This document shows, piece by piece, positions 50,838 to 60,040 of a stretch of 64,000 nucleotides of DNA. Source of the DNA: Acidiferrobacterales bacterium (GTDB lineage Bacteria; Pseudomonadota; Gammaproteobacteria; Acidiferrobacterales; SZUA-150). Under the pieces are notes generated by a model. That model saw only the letters and a program-made list of their open reading frames with translations, had not been told where the DNA came from and ran no database searches. The position numbers and the translations under genes are program-made. The DNA is taken from contig CAMYII010000085.1 in the NCBI GenBank assembly GCA_947258385.1, forward strand, positions 72,609-136,608. The letters are read 5' to 3'. The stretch's first letter is position 1; each line of letters opens with the position of its first letter.

Positions 50838-51296
50838 TCAGGCACCCTCCCCCGGCTTTTGCTCGTCGCTGCCGGCGGGCTTTTTTTCTTCTGTCTTCTT
50901 CTCTTCGGCCGCTACAGGCGCGGGCGCCGGTTTGGGCTTGGGCTGCTTCTTGGCAACAGGGGCGGCGGCGCTTTGGCCTTTGTCAGGCGCACGCTCCTGC
51001 CCCGGCGCGCCCTGCGGCCAGGGAGCGAACGGAAAAGGCTTCTCCTCTGAGTTGTAGCCCATGAAAATCACAATGTCGTACACATAAGTCCCCAGACTCT
51101 GCGCGAGCGTGAGCAATTGCTGATTGACCTTGCCGCTGAACAGTTTCATCAGAAACTGGACAATGACGACGGCGGCGATCACGATCTCCGTAATACTGAA
51201 TATCACCGCGAAGAGCACCATATAAAGCGCTCTCAGCCAGGTACTTTGCTCGGTAAGACGTTCTTTGAGATGTTCATCCATACCCTTTGCCTCCAA
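50838..51296 (-). CDS. small membrane protein, DUF4389-like, with Lys/Pro/Ala-rich tail
   Basis: Two TM helices (WLRALYMVLFAVIFSITEIVIAAVVIVQFL ... ) and a low-complexity C-terminus. The family name is recalled, not verified. Confidence 0.6.
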   Translation of the reverse strand: MEAKGMDEHLKERLTEQSTWLRALYMVLFAVIFSITEIVIAAVVIVQFLMKLFSGKVNQQLLTLAQSLGTYVYDIVIFMGYNSEEKPFPFAPWPQGAPGQERAPDKGQSAAAPVAKKQPKPKPAPAPVAAEEKKTEEKKPAGSDEQKPGEGA

Positions 51297-51419
51297 GAGT
51301 GATATTATTGATTGACTGCTACGCCGTCATTCATCCCCATCCCGCCAGTCAGCATCCCTGTAAGGTCCGTCCTCGCAAGTCAACGGCCACGCAACGGCAA
51401 GTCAGCTCCAACCTGCGGT

Positions 51420-52133
51420 CTAATTATGTTTCGGCGCGGGTTCCGAAGAGGCCTTTGCCGGTTCTTTTATCTCAAGCAACTCGATATCAAAGATCAATGT
51501 TGCGTTTGGCCCAATGTCGGCACCGGCGCCGCGGGCCCCATAGCCAAGCTCGGAGGGGACGAATATCTGCCACTGCGCGCCCGCTTTCATCTTCTGGAGC
51601 GCCTCCTGCCAGCCTTTGATCACGCCCCTTACAGGAAAGGTGGCCGGCTGCCCGCGCTTATGCGAACTATCGAACTCCGTGCCATCGATCAGCGTGCCAC
51701 GGTAATGGGCGACGACGGAATCGGTCGGCTTTGGTGTCGCGCCGGTCCCCTCTTTGATCACCTTGTACTGCAGCCCGCTCTCCAGGGTCACGATGCCTTC
51801 TTTGTCCTTGTTTTCCGCCAGAAACGCCTCGCCTTCCGTTTTGTTCCGCTCGGCCGCGGCCTTGCGTTCCTCCAGCAACGTCTTCTGGTGTACTTGCATG
51901 ACCTCCCGCATCTCTTCGGGTTTCAGCGCAAGCTCGGAGCCACTCTGCACATCCTTGATGGCCTGCACGAATGCGGCCGCATCAATTTCAATGCCGTCAC
52001 GCTTCAGGCCTTGCGCGACCCGGGTGCCGACCGTATAGCTTAGCTTCTCCTCTTGCGTGTCGATGCTGACCTTTTGGTCGCAGGCGAATAAAACCAAGGC
52101 AAGGGGTAGTATGGGTAATAACCTAGCACTCAT
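51420..52133 (-). CDS. fkpA: FKBP-type peptidyl-prolyl isomerase, FkpA-like lipoprotein
   Basis: Lipobox LVLFAC, N-terminal dimerisation helices, C-terminal FKBP core VVAHYRGTLIDGTEFDSS...GWQEAL...IGPNATLIFDIELL. Confidence 0.88.
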   Translation of the reverse strand: MSARLLPILPLALVLFACDQKVSIDTQEEKLSYTVGTRVAQGLKRDGIEIDAAAFVQAIKDVQSGSELALKPEEMREVMQVHQKTLLEERKAAAERNKTEGEAFLAENKDKEGIVTLESGLQYKVIKEGTGATPKPTDSVVAHYRGTLIDGTEFDSSHKRGQPATFPVRGVIKGWQEALQKMKAGAQWQIFVPSELGYGARGAGADIGPNATLIFDIELLEIKEPAKASSEPAPKHN

Positions 52134-52438
52134 TAGGGCTCCTTAAAGTTAAGTAATATATTTGCCGGTGTGGCTCGCTAAACATAACAAATTTCCAGGA
52201 AGTATCATAAAGTTTTGCCTGGGATCATGGCACGAGCAGTCATCCGGGACGAGCCCGGGGCTGACCGGCCGTCCGCCAGCCACACCCTTTGGGGCCATTA
52301 CCGGCGGCGATGAGATGCGCCTAGTCCGCCGGCAGAACCGGGTGTCCCAGCCTCGTCCGGGCGCTTTGGCGTACAATAGCAGATTTTTTGCACTCTTACC
52401 CGTACTGGAACAGTACATGCGATACCGGAGGCGATGAC

Positions 52439-53236
52439 ATGGGTTGGTGGGGAAAACTGATCGGGGGCACTTGCGGTTTCGTGCTGGGCGGTCCCCTGGG
52501 CGCAATCCTGGGTGCGGCACTCGGGCACAGCTTCGACAGCGGCCTGTCCATCCCAAGAGGGTCCGATCTTGGCGCGGACCGGCAAGAGCGCATCCAGACG
52601 GCGTTCTTCACCGCGACATTCTCGGTAATGGGCCATGTCGCCAAAGCGGACGGACGCGTGTCGGAGGATGAGATTCAGCTCGCCAGGGCCGTCATGACGC
52701 AGATGCAATTGACCGAGGCACAGCGGCAGGCGGCTATGCGCCTGTTTAACGAAGGCAAAGAACCCGGCTTTCCCTTGTCCGAGGCGCTCGATCAGCTAAA
52801 GCGAGAACTTCACCGGCGGCACACCCTGACACAGATGTTTCTTGAGATTCAGCTGCATGCCGCCTACGCCGATGGCGTTCTGCACCCGGTCGAAAAACAA
52901 CTGTTGCAGCATATGTTCGCCCACCTCGGTTTCACGCGCCATGAGTTCGAGCACCTGGAGACCCTGGTCCGGGACCAGCGCCTGTTTGGCGAGCCCGCCG
53001 CCACCGGGGGCATGACGGCAAAAGATGTCTTGCGCGAGGCGTATGCCGTGCTTGGCGTACCGCATACCGCAGGCGACGCCGACATCAAAAAGGCCTACCG
53101 GCGCCTGATGAATCAACACCATCCGGACAAACTGGTCGCCAAAGGCTTGCCGGAAGAAATGATGAAGCTGGCGGCGGATAAAACGCATGAGATCAGGAAC
53201 GCCTATGAAACAATCCGCAAGGCCAGACGCAGCTGA
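52439..53236 (+). CDS. djlA: co-chaperone DjlA
   Basis: ATG at 52439. N-terminal Gly-rich TM helix MGWWGKLIGGTCGFVLGGPLGAILGAALG, TerB-like middle region, C-terminal J-domain AYAVLGV...IKKAYRRLMNQHHPDK. Confidence 0.88.
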   Translation: MGWWGKLIGGTCGFVLGGPLGAILGAALGHSFDSGLSIPRGSDLGADRQERIQTAFFTATFSVMGHVAKADGRVSEDEIQLARAVMTQMQLTEAQRQAAMRLFNEGKEPGFPLSEALDQLKRELHRRHTLTQMFLEIQLHAAYADGVLHPVEKQLLQHMFAHLGFTRHEFEHLETLVRDQRLFGEPAATGGMTAKDVLREAYAVLGVPHTAGDADIKKAYRRLMNQHHPDKLVAKGLPEEMMKLAADKTHEIRNAYETIRKARRS

Positions 53237-53244
53237 ACGCGCGC

Positions 53245-54771
53245 TCAATGCAGGTCTTCCAGTTGGCTGATCACAATGTCTGTCGTTTTCCTGAAATCGA
53301 TCTTTCCGCTGCCCATTTTTGGCAATTCATCGACAACAAAAAAATGCTTCGGCAATGCCAGCAATGACAGCTGGCTGGCCAGTTGCTTTGTGATTTCTTT
53401 TTGATCGATGTCCCGCGTAAGCGCGATTCCGACCCGGGCGCCTTTTTTCGCATCCGGAATCTCCACGGCGCAGCATTCGATATCGTCGGGCAGAAGCTCT
53501 TGGAGCACGGTTTCCACCTGTATGAGTGAGACCATTTCTCCGCCTATTTTAATAAATCTCTTCAGGCGGCCGCGGTGCCAAAGATACCCGTCGGGGTCGA
53601 ACACGCCCATGTCCCCGGTCTCATACCAGCCGTCCTCGATACGCAACACGGTTTCCTCAACGTCGCCCAGATAGCCTTTCATTACCAGATCCCCTCGCAC
53701 CAGGATCTTGCCCTCGCTGCCTTTTGGCAACTCATCACCGCTGTCCACGCCGGTAATCTTGACGTCGACCCCGGGCAACGGCATGCCGATGCTTCCCGGC
53801 CGGTTGGCCCCCGGAACGTTGGCGGAAATGACGGGGCTGGTCTCAGTGGTCCCGTAACCCTCAAAGACTTCCACGTCATGCTCTTTCAAATAGGCCCTTC
53901 GCAACCATGCCGGCACCTTATCCGCCCCGGCGACAGCAAGGCGCAGGGAGTCGAAATCACCCGCGCTTGCCTGTTTCAGGTATCCCATCAGGAAATAGGG
54001 CGTCCCGACAACGAGCGTGGGACGCTCCTCGCGGATAACCGCGGCGACGTTCTTGAATTCGAGCGGATTGGCGTAAGTGACTATGGTCATGCCGGCGAGC
54101 AGCGGCAGCCAGAACGTGGTGGTCTGCCCAAACACGTGGAACAGCGGCAGGATCGCCATCATCCTGTCCTCACTGGAACAGCCGTATGCTTGCATGCTGG
54201 CAACCGCATTGCTCCCGATATTCTTGTGGCTTAGTTGCACAGCCTTGGGATCCTTCTCGCTCCCGCTCGTAAAAAGAACAATTACCGTATCATCGCTGCT
54301 GCCACCGGCGCCAAAACTCCGTGTTAACAGATTGGCGGGCAATCGTGATTTGGCCGCCGCCCGCAGCCGCTGCGCGGCCGTCGCCTGGCCGAGCAAATCC
54401 TCTATGAACACCATTCCTTCGACTTCGGGACAATTGATTTTTTCCAACAACGCGCGCGCCGTGATAATGGTCTTGAAACCACATTTGTGTTGCGCATACT
54501 GAGCGTTACCTTCGGCGCCAGTGGAATAATTGATCATGACCGGTACCTTGCCGCTCATGAGCGCCCCTAGGATGGATATCCCGCACGCGACCGATGTCGG
54601 CAACATGACGCCGAGGTATCCGTCCTCGTAGCGGCGAAACTTGCTGGCCGCCAACAGCGCCCCGATGAGTGCGCGGGAATAGGTCACTTCGCGTTGCATG
54701 CTACGATCGACAAACGCCAGTTTGTCCCCGAAGCGCTTGGCGACTCTAACAAACTCATGGTGCAACAACAT
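53245..54771 (-). CDS. AMP-dependent synthetase/ligase (acyl-CoA or acyl-ACP synthetase type)
   Basis: Motifs LFTSGSEKDPKAV, YGTTETSP, TGDMG and the C-terminal GKIDFRK lysine. Confidence 0.88.
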   Translation of the reverse strand: MLLHHEFVRVAKRFGDKLAFVDRSMQREVTYSRALIGALLAASKFRRYEDGYLGVMLPTSVACGISILGALMSGKVPVMINYSTGAEGNAQYAQHKCGFKTIITARALLEKINCPEVEGMVFIEDLLGQATAAQRLRAAAKSRLPANLLTRSFGAGGSSDDTVIVLFTSGSEKDPKAVQLSHKNIGSNAVASMQAYGCSSEDRMMAILPLFHVFGQTTTFWLPLLAGMTIVTYANPLEFKNVAAVIREERPTLVVGTPYFLMGYLKQASAGDFDSLRLAVAGADKVPAWLRRAYLKEHDVEVFEGYGTTETSPVISANVPGANRPGSIGMPLPGVDVKITGVDSGDELPKGSEGKILVRGDLVMKGYLGDVEETVLRIEDGWYETGDMGVFDPDGYLWHRGRLKRFIKIGGEMVSLIQVETVLQELLPDDIECCAVEIPDAKKGARVGIALTRDIDQKEITKQLASQLSLLALPKHFFVVDELPKMGSGKIDFRKTTDIVISQLEDLH

Positions 54772-55062
54772 GAGACACCCCCCCATTCAAATGCCCTGCG
54801 CCACCCTGATTTTTCCGTGGATAACGCCGGCGCAATGCGCATTGATCTTATCGTTGAACCCCAGGATACGGCAAAAACCCCTACGAAGATCGCAGGAAAT
54901 ACCGGCCGGTGCAAGGACTTTTGCGCGTGTCAATTACCCGGTGAAGGTGCCACGCTGACCCGCCTCGCGACCATGAGCGCCGACGCGGGCAAACAGGCCG
55001 CCCCACGGGATGCCGCCAGCATTTTTATTACAATCTGTCTAAAAATCTAACGCTCAACAACC

Positions 55063-55221
55063 CTTCACGCCCTGGACGCAACGCCAACAACGCCCAGGCG
55101 CAGAGGGCGCAGGGAATACTTCAAAATAAAGCGTTTTTGCTTTCTTCGCGTACTTTGCGCCTGCGCGACCTCTGAGTTTGTTCCACAGCGCCCGGGCGCA
55201 GAAGGTAGTTTGAGATAGGTT
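55063..55221 (-). repeat. ~157-bp foldback intergenic repeat, copy B (inverted relative to copy A)
   Basis: Its reverse complement aligns with 38362-38518. Identical 38-nt core at 55116-55153. Confidence 0.8.
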
Positions 55222-55303
55222 TTAACCAGATCCCGCAACCGCACAAGCGCTGTGGGAAAGCGTCATTTACAACTTGTCATTTCTTATCTATCGTTACGCC
55301 GCC

Positions 55304-55615
55304 ATGACGATCACCTTCGACAATGAGCTGGCGAGACTTACCGAGGCGCTTCAGGACGCCAACGAAGCCATCGAAGACGCCAGCGAAGAAGACGCCCAGC
55401 CGGAAGATGTCGCAGAGGCGCACTGGCTCGCCTGCCTGTTCCTCGACAGGTACCATGCCTTAATACACCAACTCGGGCCGACCGACAAAGTCAGACTGCA
55501 GCACTACTTTTGCCTGAAGGCGGAACAACTGAGGAAAAAGCTCGGCCGTTTCAAGTCCTGCTACATAATGGACGGCGGCGACAAGGATCGGCCGGCCGGA
55601 AGCAATCGACTATAG
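55304..55615 (+). CDS. hypothetical acidic protein (103 aa)
   Basis: ORF with plausible composition but no clear Shine-Dalgarno and no recognised motif. The alternative TTG start is at 55274. Confidence 0.4.
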   Translation: MTITFDNELARLTEALQDANEAIEDASEEDAQPEDVAEAHWLACLFLDRYHALIHQLGPTDKVRLQHYFCLKAEQLRKKLGRFKSCYIMDGGDKDRPAGSNRL

Positions 55616-55627
55616 ACGCAGATCGCG

Positions 55628-56302
55628 CTAAGGACCGGCATCGCTGTTTTTGACGAGCAGATAAACAATTTCACAAAGACGAGTCAGCCCGCGGTCCCGA
55701 AATCTTGGGTTCTGCGCCAGGATATCTGTCGAGCCCAGCACTTTGATATCAAACCAGTCGTGGTAAAGCCTTCCGACCTCGCGCTCCCCGACCGAGAACG
55801 GTGGACCCGCCATCTCGCCTTCCGGATACTCAAGTGTGACGAGTAGTATGCGTGAGGCCGATGGCAATAGCCCCGCCATGTGGGCCGCGTAGGCAGGTCG
55901 CATGTGCGTCGGCAAGGCAATCAGCGAGGCGCGATCGTAAACCGCTTTCGCTCCCCCAAGATCTTCCCGGCTCAAATCAAAGAAGTCGCCGCAAAGAATT
56001 TCCAGCGAGCCGCTGGTCCAGCGCGTGAATACACCGGCCGGACCGCAGCGGACCCGGCGGGCGTTTTCCTTGAAAAATGATTCGATGGCAAGCGGGCTGA
56101 GCTCGACACCGAGCACGGCATAACCGTGTTCATCCAACCACAGCATGTCCAGCGTCTTGCCGCACAGCGGCACAAAAACCGGACCGCCTGCGCGAAGCCT
56201 CAGCTCAGACAGATGCTTAATGAGATAGGAATTGACCGCATCCTGGTGAAAACCGATTTGATTGCGCTCCCACCTCTCCAACCAAAATCCTGTTTCCATC
56301 AC
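55628..56302 (-). CDS. tpm: thiopurine S-methyltransferase
   Basis: FWLERWERNQIGFHQDAVNSYL and VFVPLCGKTLDMLWL match bacterial TPMT. Confidence 0.87.
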   Translation of the reverse strand: MMETGFWLERWERNQIGFHQDAVNSYLIKHLSELRLRAGGPVFVPLCGKTLDMLWLDEHGYAVLGVELSPLAIESFFKENARRVRCGPAGVFTRWTSGSLEILCGDFFDLSREDLGGAKAVYDRASLIALPTHMRPAYAAHMAGLLPSASRILLVTLEYPEGEMAGPPFSVGEREVGRLYHDWFDIKVLGSTDILAQNPRFRDRGLTRLCEIVYLLVKNSDAGP

Positions 56303-56349
56303 ATCATCTCGCCCGCTTGACGCCCAGGATACCCGACTAAAGCAACGGG

Positions 56350-57423
56350 CTAACCCTGCTCCAGCAGGTTACGCAGATCGATCACTCCGGCATTGGCCCT
56401 GGAAATATAGGAGGCCATAATCAAAGAGTAATTCGTGACGAACCCAAACCCCCTGCCGTTGAGTACCACCGGGCTCCAGACCGCACTCTGAGTGCCTTCC
56501 AGCTCGCGCACGATTTGCCGCAGGCTCACGCGCGCATTTTTCTTGTTCAGTACCTCCGCGAAATCCACTTCCATGGCTTCCAGGAAATGGATCAGGGCCC
56601 AGGTGGCGCCTCTGGCCTCGTAGAAAACATCGTCGATCTCCAGCCACGGCGTCTTGACCTTGATCTCCTCCGGGCGCGGCGTCGCCTGCGTCGCCTCGGC
56701 ATCGCCGGCCAGGTCGGTGTTCACACGAATCTGACCGACACTGGCGCTCAAGCGCTGCGACAGGCTGCCCAGGCGTTTTTCGACCACGGCAAGCCAGTCC
56801 CGCAGATTGTCGGCGCGCGCAAAAAACTGTGCGTTCTGTTCTTGCGGATCAACCAGGCGCGCCAGATAGCGGTCAACGGCTGCAATCCCTTTGCGGTATT
56901 GGCGCTCCGAGGGTGGGAAGATCCAGGAATCATTATCGAAATTGAACAACGGCTCGGCTTCTGCGAGGTCTTTGTCCTCAATGGATTGGGACTGGGAGCG
57001 GCTCAGGTCATTGCGCAGCGAGCGCGCCAGGTCTCGAACCTGGGTCAACACGCCGAACTCCCAATTGGGGATGTTGTCCATCACGGCCCCCGGCGGTGTC
57101 ACATCATTGCTTAGATAGCCGCCCGGCTTATCGAGCAGGGTCTCCGTCACCGCCGCCAGGGTCGCCGCGGTCACATAACCGGTGACCTGCCGCTCCCCCA
57201 GATTGCCAGCCCGGGTCGCTGCAGCCTCATTGAGATCCAGACGACCCGGTTCCCGGCCCCAGATAATACTGAGCACGAAAACCACCACCGCGGCCGTGAC
57301 CACCGCCAAACCACTGGCCCACAAAAGGCCGCGGGACCGAATCGTGGCAGGATGGTAGAGTTGCAGCAGGCGCCGCAGCAAGTCCCGTGCTTTATCGTAA
57401 ATTCCGCTCAATGGCTGCCACAT
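56350..57423 (-). CDS. membrane-anchored conserved protein, DUF2333-like
   Basis: 357 aa, one N-terminal TM helix. GYLSNDVTPPGAVMDNIPNWEFGVLTQVRD resembles DUF2333. The family name is recalled, not verified. Confidence 0.65.
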   Translation of the reverse strand: MWQPLSGIYDKARDLLRRLLQLYHPATIRSRGLLWASGLAVVTAAVVVFVLSIIWGREPGRLDLNEAAATRAGNLGERQVTGYVTAATLAAVTETLLDKPGGYLSNDVTPPGAVMDNIPNWEFGVLTQVRDLARSLRNDLSRSQSQSIEDKDLAEAEPLFNFDNDSWIFPPSERQYRKGIAAVDRYLARLVDPQEQNAQFFARADNLRDWLAVVEKRLGSLSQRLSASVGQIRVNTDLAGDAEATQATPRPEEIKVKTPWLEIDDVFYEARGATWALIHFLEAMEVDFAEVLNKKNARVSLRQIVRELEGTQSAVWSPVVLNGRGFGFVTNYSLIMASYISRANAGVIDLRNLLEQG

Positions 57424-57533
57424 AAATTGACCTCATAGATATTAGTATTTTATGATATACTTATTTAATGACACGTGCACCAGCCGCGTCAGAGGCAGGC
57501 AACTGGGGACACGAAACAGTTAACTGAACAACG

Positions 57534-57896
57534 ATGAAAACTCATGACGCTATAATAGCGGGTTCACGTGCCGCTGAGTACCGCCAATACCCCCGCCGGA
57601 CGCTCCCCCTGCGGACGGCCATTGTGTTCAAAAACCTGCCGATCCTTGGCTGTCGCACGCGGGATATCAGCTTCTCCGGCGCGTTTATCGAGACGCCGGC
57701 GGCGGGCCCGCCGCTGCATGCGCGCCTGCGTTTAATCATCGACTACGAAGGCAGTACGCAATCACTGGTGTTGAATGCCCGGGTAGTCAAGTCCACCGAC
57801 GACGGCGTGGCCGTTCAGTTTCAGGACGTTAACAGCTCCACGTATGGGGCATTGTACGACCTGCTATTCTGCTGGGTCCCCGAGGTGGTTGAATGA
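57534..57896 (+). CDS. PilZ-domain protein
   Basis: RRTLPLR (RxxxR) and RDISFSGAFI (D/NxSxxG), the c-di-GMP binding motifs of PilZ. Confidence 0.8.
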   Translation: MKTHDAIIAGSRAAEYRQYPRRTLPLRTAIVFKNLPILGCRTRDISFSGAFIETPAAGPPLHARLRLIIDYEGSTQSLVLNARVVKSTDDGVAVQFQDVNSSTYGALYDLLFCWVPEVVE

Positions 57897-58389
57897 TCCT
57901 CACCCGCACGGCGCCGCCTGACCGATTGCACTGACATGGTGGCACCGGTAACACCGTACGCGCCTTCTCACGTTGCGGGAGATTCAACATAGTACCGTTA
58001 CACAAGAATCCTTTGAGCGTCATTAACGGCGTTGATTCCGTTGCAAAAAGGGCAAAACGCGCACCGGCGGACCGGCTAAGAATCATACCGATGCCCTGTC
58101 CTGCGGCTAAACGGCTTTAACATTCACTGTCTTCAAATCAAGACCTGTTCTTTTCTTGCCTTCGCGCCGGCACGGTGCGATCTGCTTATGAGGATACGCC
58201 CCGGCCGGCAAGACGTTCTGGCCAGATCAAAACCGGATACCCGGCGACCGCGTCACCGGAAAAACATCCATGTAGCGTCGCTGATTTTTCCTTGCCATGA
58301 GCAAGGAATGACTCCCGACCAGGGGACAGGCAGGCTGTTTTCGGCCCGCCGCCGCGAAATTACGGGTATTTATGCAGTGCGGGCGTTTT

Positions 58390-58398
58390 TGATATAAT
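58390..58398 (+). promoter_or_regulatory. candidate extended -10 promoter (TGATATAAT)
   Basis: TGnTATAAT at 58390-58398, about 70 nt upstream of the small ORF at 58467. No convincing -35 element. Confidence 0.4.
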
Positions 58399-58466
58399 AT
58401 ATTGGGGTTGCATTTGTCTTGACGCCCGGGCTTAACCCAGATACGCAGAGTGAGTAAGGAGTGGCC

Positions 58467-58670
58467 ATGGCACCGGAAGACTATGAATTGTTCCTTTGGG
58501 TCCTAGGCGATCGCGCCATACTGCTTAATGTGTTGTCCCTAGCTATCGTAGGCATCTGGTCAGTCGGTTCGATGCTCTACATCGCCTACACACGTTTGAT
58601 CGCTTATATCGATTACCGTATCGATTACGCGTTCTGGGGCGACATACTGGCCGAGGACCACAACGCATAA
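58467..58670 (+). CDS. hypothetical small membrane protein (67 aa)
   Basis: AAGGAG lies 5 nt upstream of the ATG at 58467. One hydrophobic helix (AILLNVLSLAIVGIWSVGSMLYIAY). No known motif. Confidence 0.45.
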   Translation: MAPEDYELFLWVLGDRAILLNVLSLAIVGIWSVGSMLYIAYTRLIAYIDYRIDYAFWGDILAEDHNA

Positions 58671-58712
58671 CAACGCGGCGGCGGCGCGGCAAGCCGCGCC
58701 ACGCATTCGCCA

Positions 58713-59861
58713 TCATTGCTGATCAAAAACCTCCAGCCGCGGAACAAGCACAAGAAAGGCCGCCGCGGCAGCCAGACACAGCAGACCCGCCCCGGTAATT
58801 GTCGCTCTAACACCCAAGGACTCTCCGAATGCGCCGGCAAGCAGACTGCCCACGGGCATGAGCCCGATGAAGATCATGGAAAACAGCGCCATCACACGAC
58901 CACGCAGGCGATCGGGAACCAGAAGCTGAATCAGTGTATTGACCGAAGCCGCTGTCGTAGTATGAGAAAAGCCGGCAAGCACAAGGACGGGTATCGCAAG
59001 CCAGTACGTATCGACTAATGAAAAACCTATCATCGATGCACCGGAAATTACCGATGCCAGACCTATCAAGCGGTCGATGCCAGCTGTCGTCGTCCTGAGC
59101 GCCAGACGCAACGCGCCCATAAGCGCTCCGATTCCAATCGCGCTCAGGAGATAACCCAGTACCCTGGCGTCCGCATGATAAATCTCCCGCGCAAAGACCG
59201 GCATCAACACCGTCATCGATGCGCTGACCAGACTGGTTACGCTTATGATTATCAGACCGGCACGCACGTGGAGCTGGTTCCATGCGAAGCGAAGGCCCTC
59301 CAACAGGCGCTCGTGCGCTGAGCCGCTGTGTTCTTCTGTTGTTACCGGCAAGCGCATCGCCACAAGACCAGCGAGCACCGCGAGAAAGCTGCACGCATTT
59401 ATCAGAAACACAACACCCTCTCCGTAGAGCGTCACTAACCAGCCCGCCACAGCGGGACCGATGAATCGTGCGCTGTTGAATGCGCTGGAGTTCAAGGCAA
59501 TCGCATTGGGGAGATTCTCCCGCGGCACTAATTGGGCCAACAGCGCATGTCTTGCCGGCATTTCAAACGCATGAACCACTCCGAGGAACAAGGCGAGCAT
59601 GATGATGTAACCAGGGGTGATCCATTGCAGCAGGGTCAATACAGCCAGAACCAAGGCCTGGACCATGGCCGCGGTCTGGGCACCGATCAGCAGTTGTTGC
59701 CGGGGAATCCGATCTGCGATGACGCCGCCGAACAGACTAAAGAGCAGCACCGGCGCGAGGTTGCAGAATGCCACCACACCGAGCATGAAACTGGACTCCG
59801 TGAGGCGATACACCAGCCATGCCTGGGCCACGGTCTGCATCCAGGTGCCGTTGAGAGACAC
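58713..59861 (-). CDS. MFS transporter (MFS_3/EntS-like); 5' end apparently disrupted
   Basis: GTWMQTVAQAWLVYRLT and 10-12 TM helices. The same frame stays open upstream (GGASIPVFRSLQYRNFRLYYLGQL) to a TGA at 59934-59936 and has no canonical start there. Confidence 0.78.
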   Translation of the reverse strand: MSLNGTWMQTVAQAWLVYRLTESSFMLGVVAFCNLAPVLLFSLFGGVIADRIPRQQLLIGAQTAAMVQALVLAVLTLLQWITPGYIIMLALFLGVVHAFEMPARHALLAQLVPRENLPNAIALNSSAFNSARFIGPAVAGWLVTLYGEGVVFLINACSFLAVLAGLVAMRLPVTTEEHSGSAHERLLEGLRFAWNQLHVRAGLIIISVTSLVSASMTVLMPVFAREIYHADARVLGYLLSAIGIGALMGALRLALRTTTAGIDRLIGLASVISGASMIGFSLVDTYWLAIPVLVLAGFSHTTTAASVNTLIQLLVPDRLRGRVMALFSMIFIGLMPVGSLLAGAFGESLGVRATITGAGLLCLAAAAAFLVLVPRLEVFDQQ

Positions 59862-60040
59862 CAGCTGACCCAGATAGTAGAGCCGGAAATTACGATACTG
59901 CAGCGAGCGAAAGACAGGGATAGACGCACCCCCTCATGGAGCACATGTTCTAAAGATACCCCGCAAACAACCGTCGCGCGAAGGGCGTGTTGAGGGCTAC
60001 GTCACGGCAGGGCGCGGTTCGCCGTGTAAGGACACGCGGC

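Noticed and set aside
38362-55221. Reading the two inverted repeat copies as the ends of a composite transposon or genomic island.
   Set aside because: No transposase, integrase or recombinase gene lies inside or next to the block. The cargo is ordinary chromosomal metabolism and proteostasis. I saw no target-site duplications at the outer ends. The repeats look like small non-autonomous intergenic elements.
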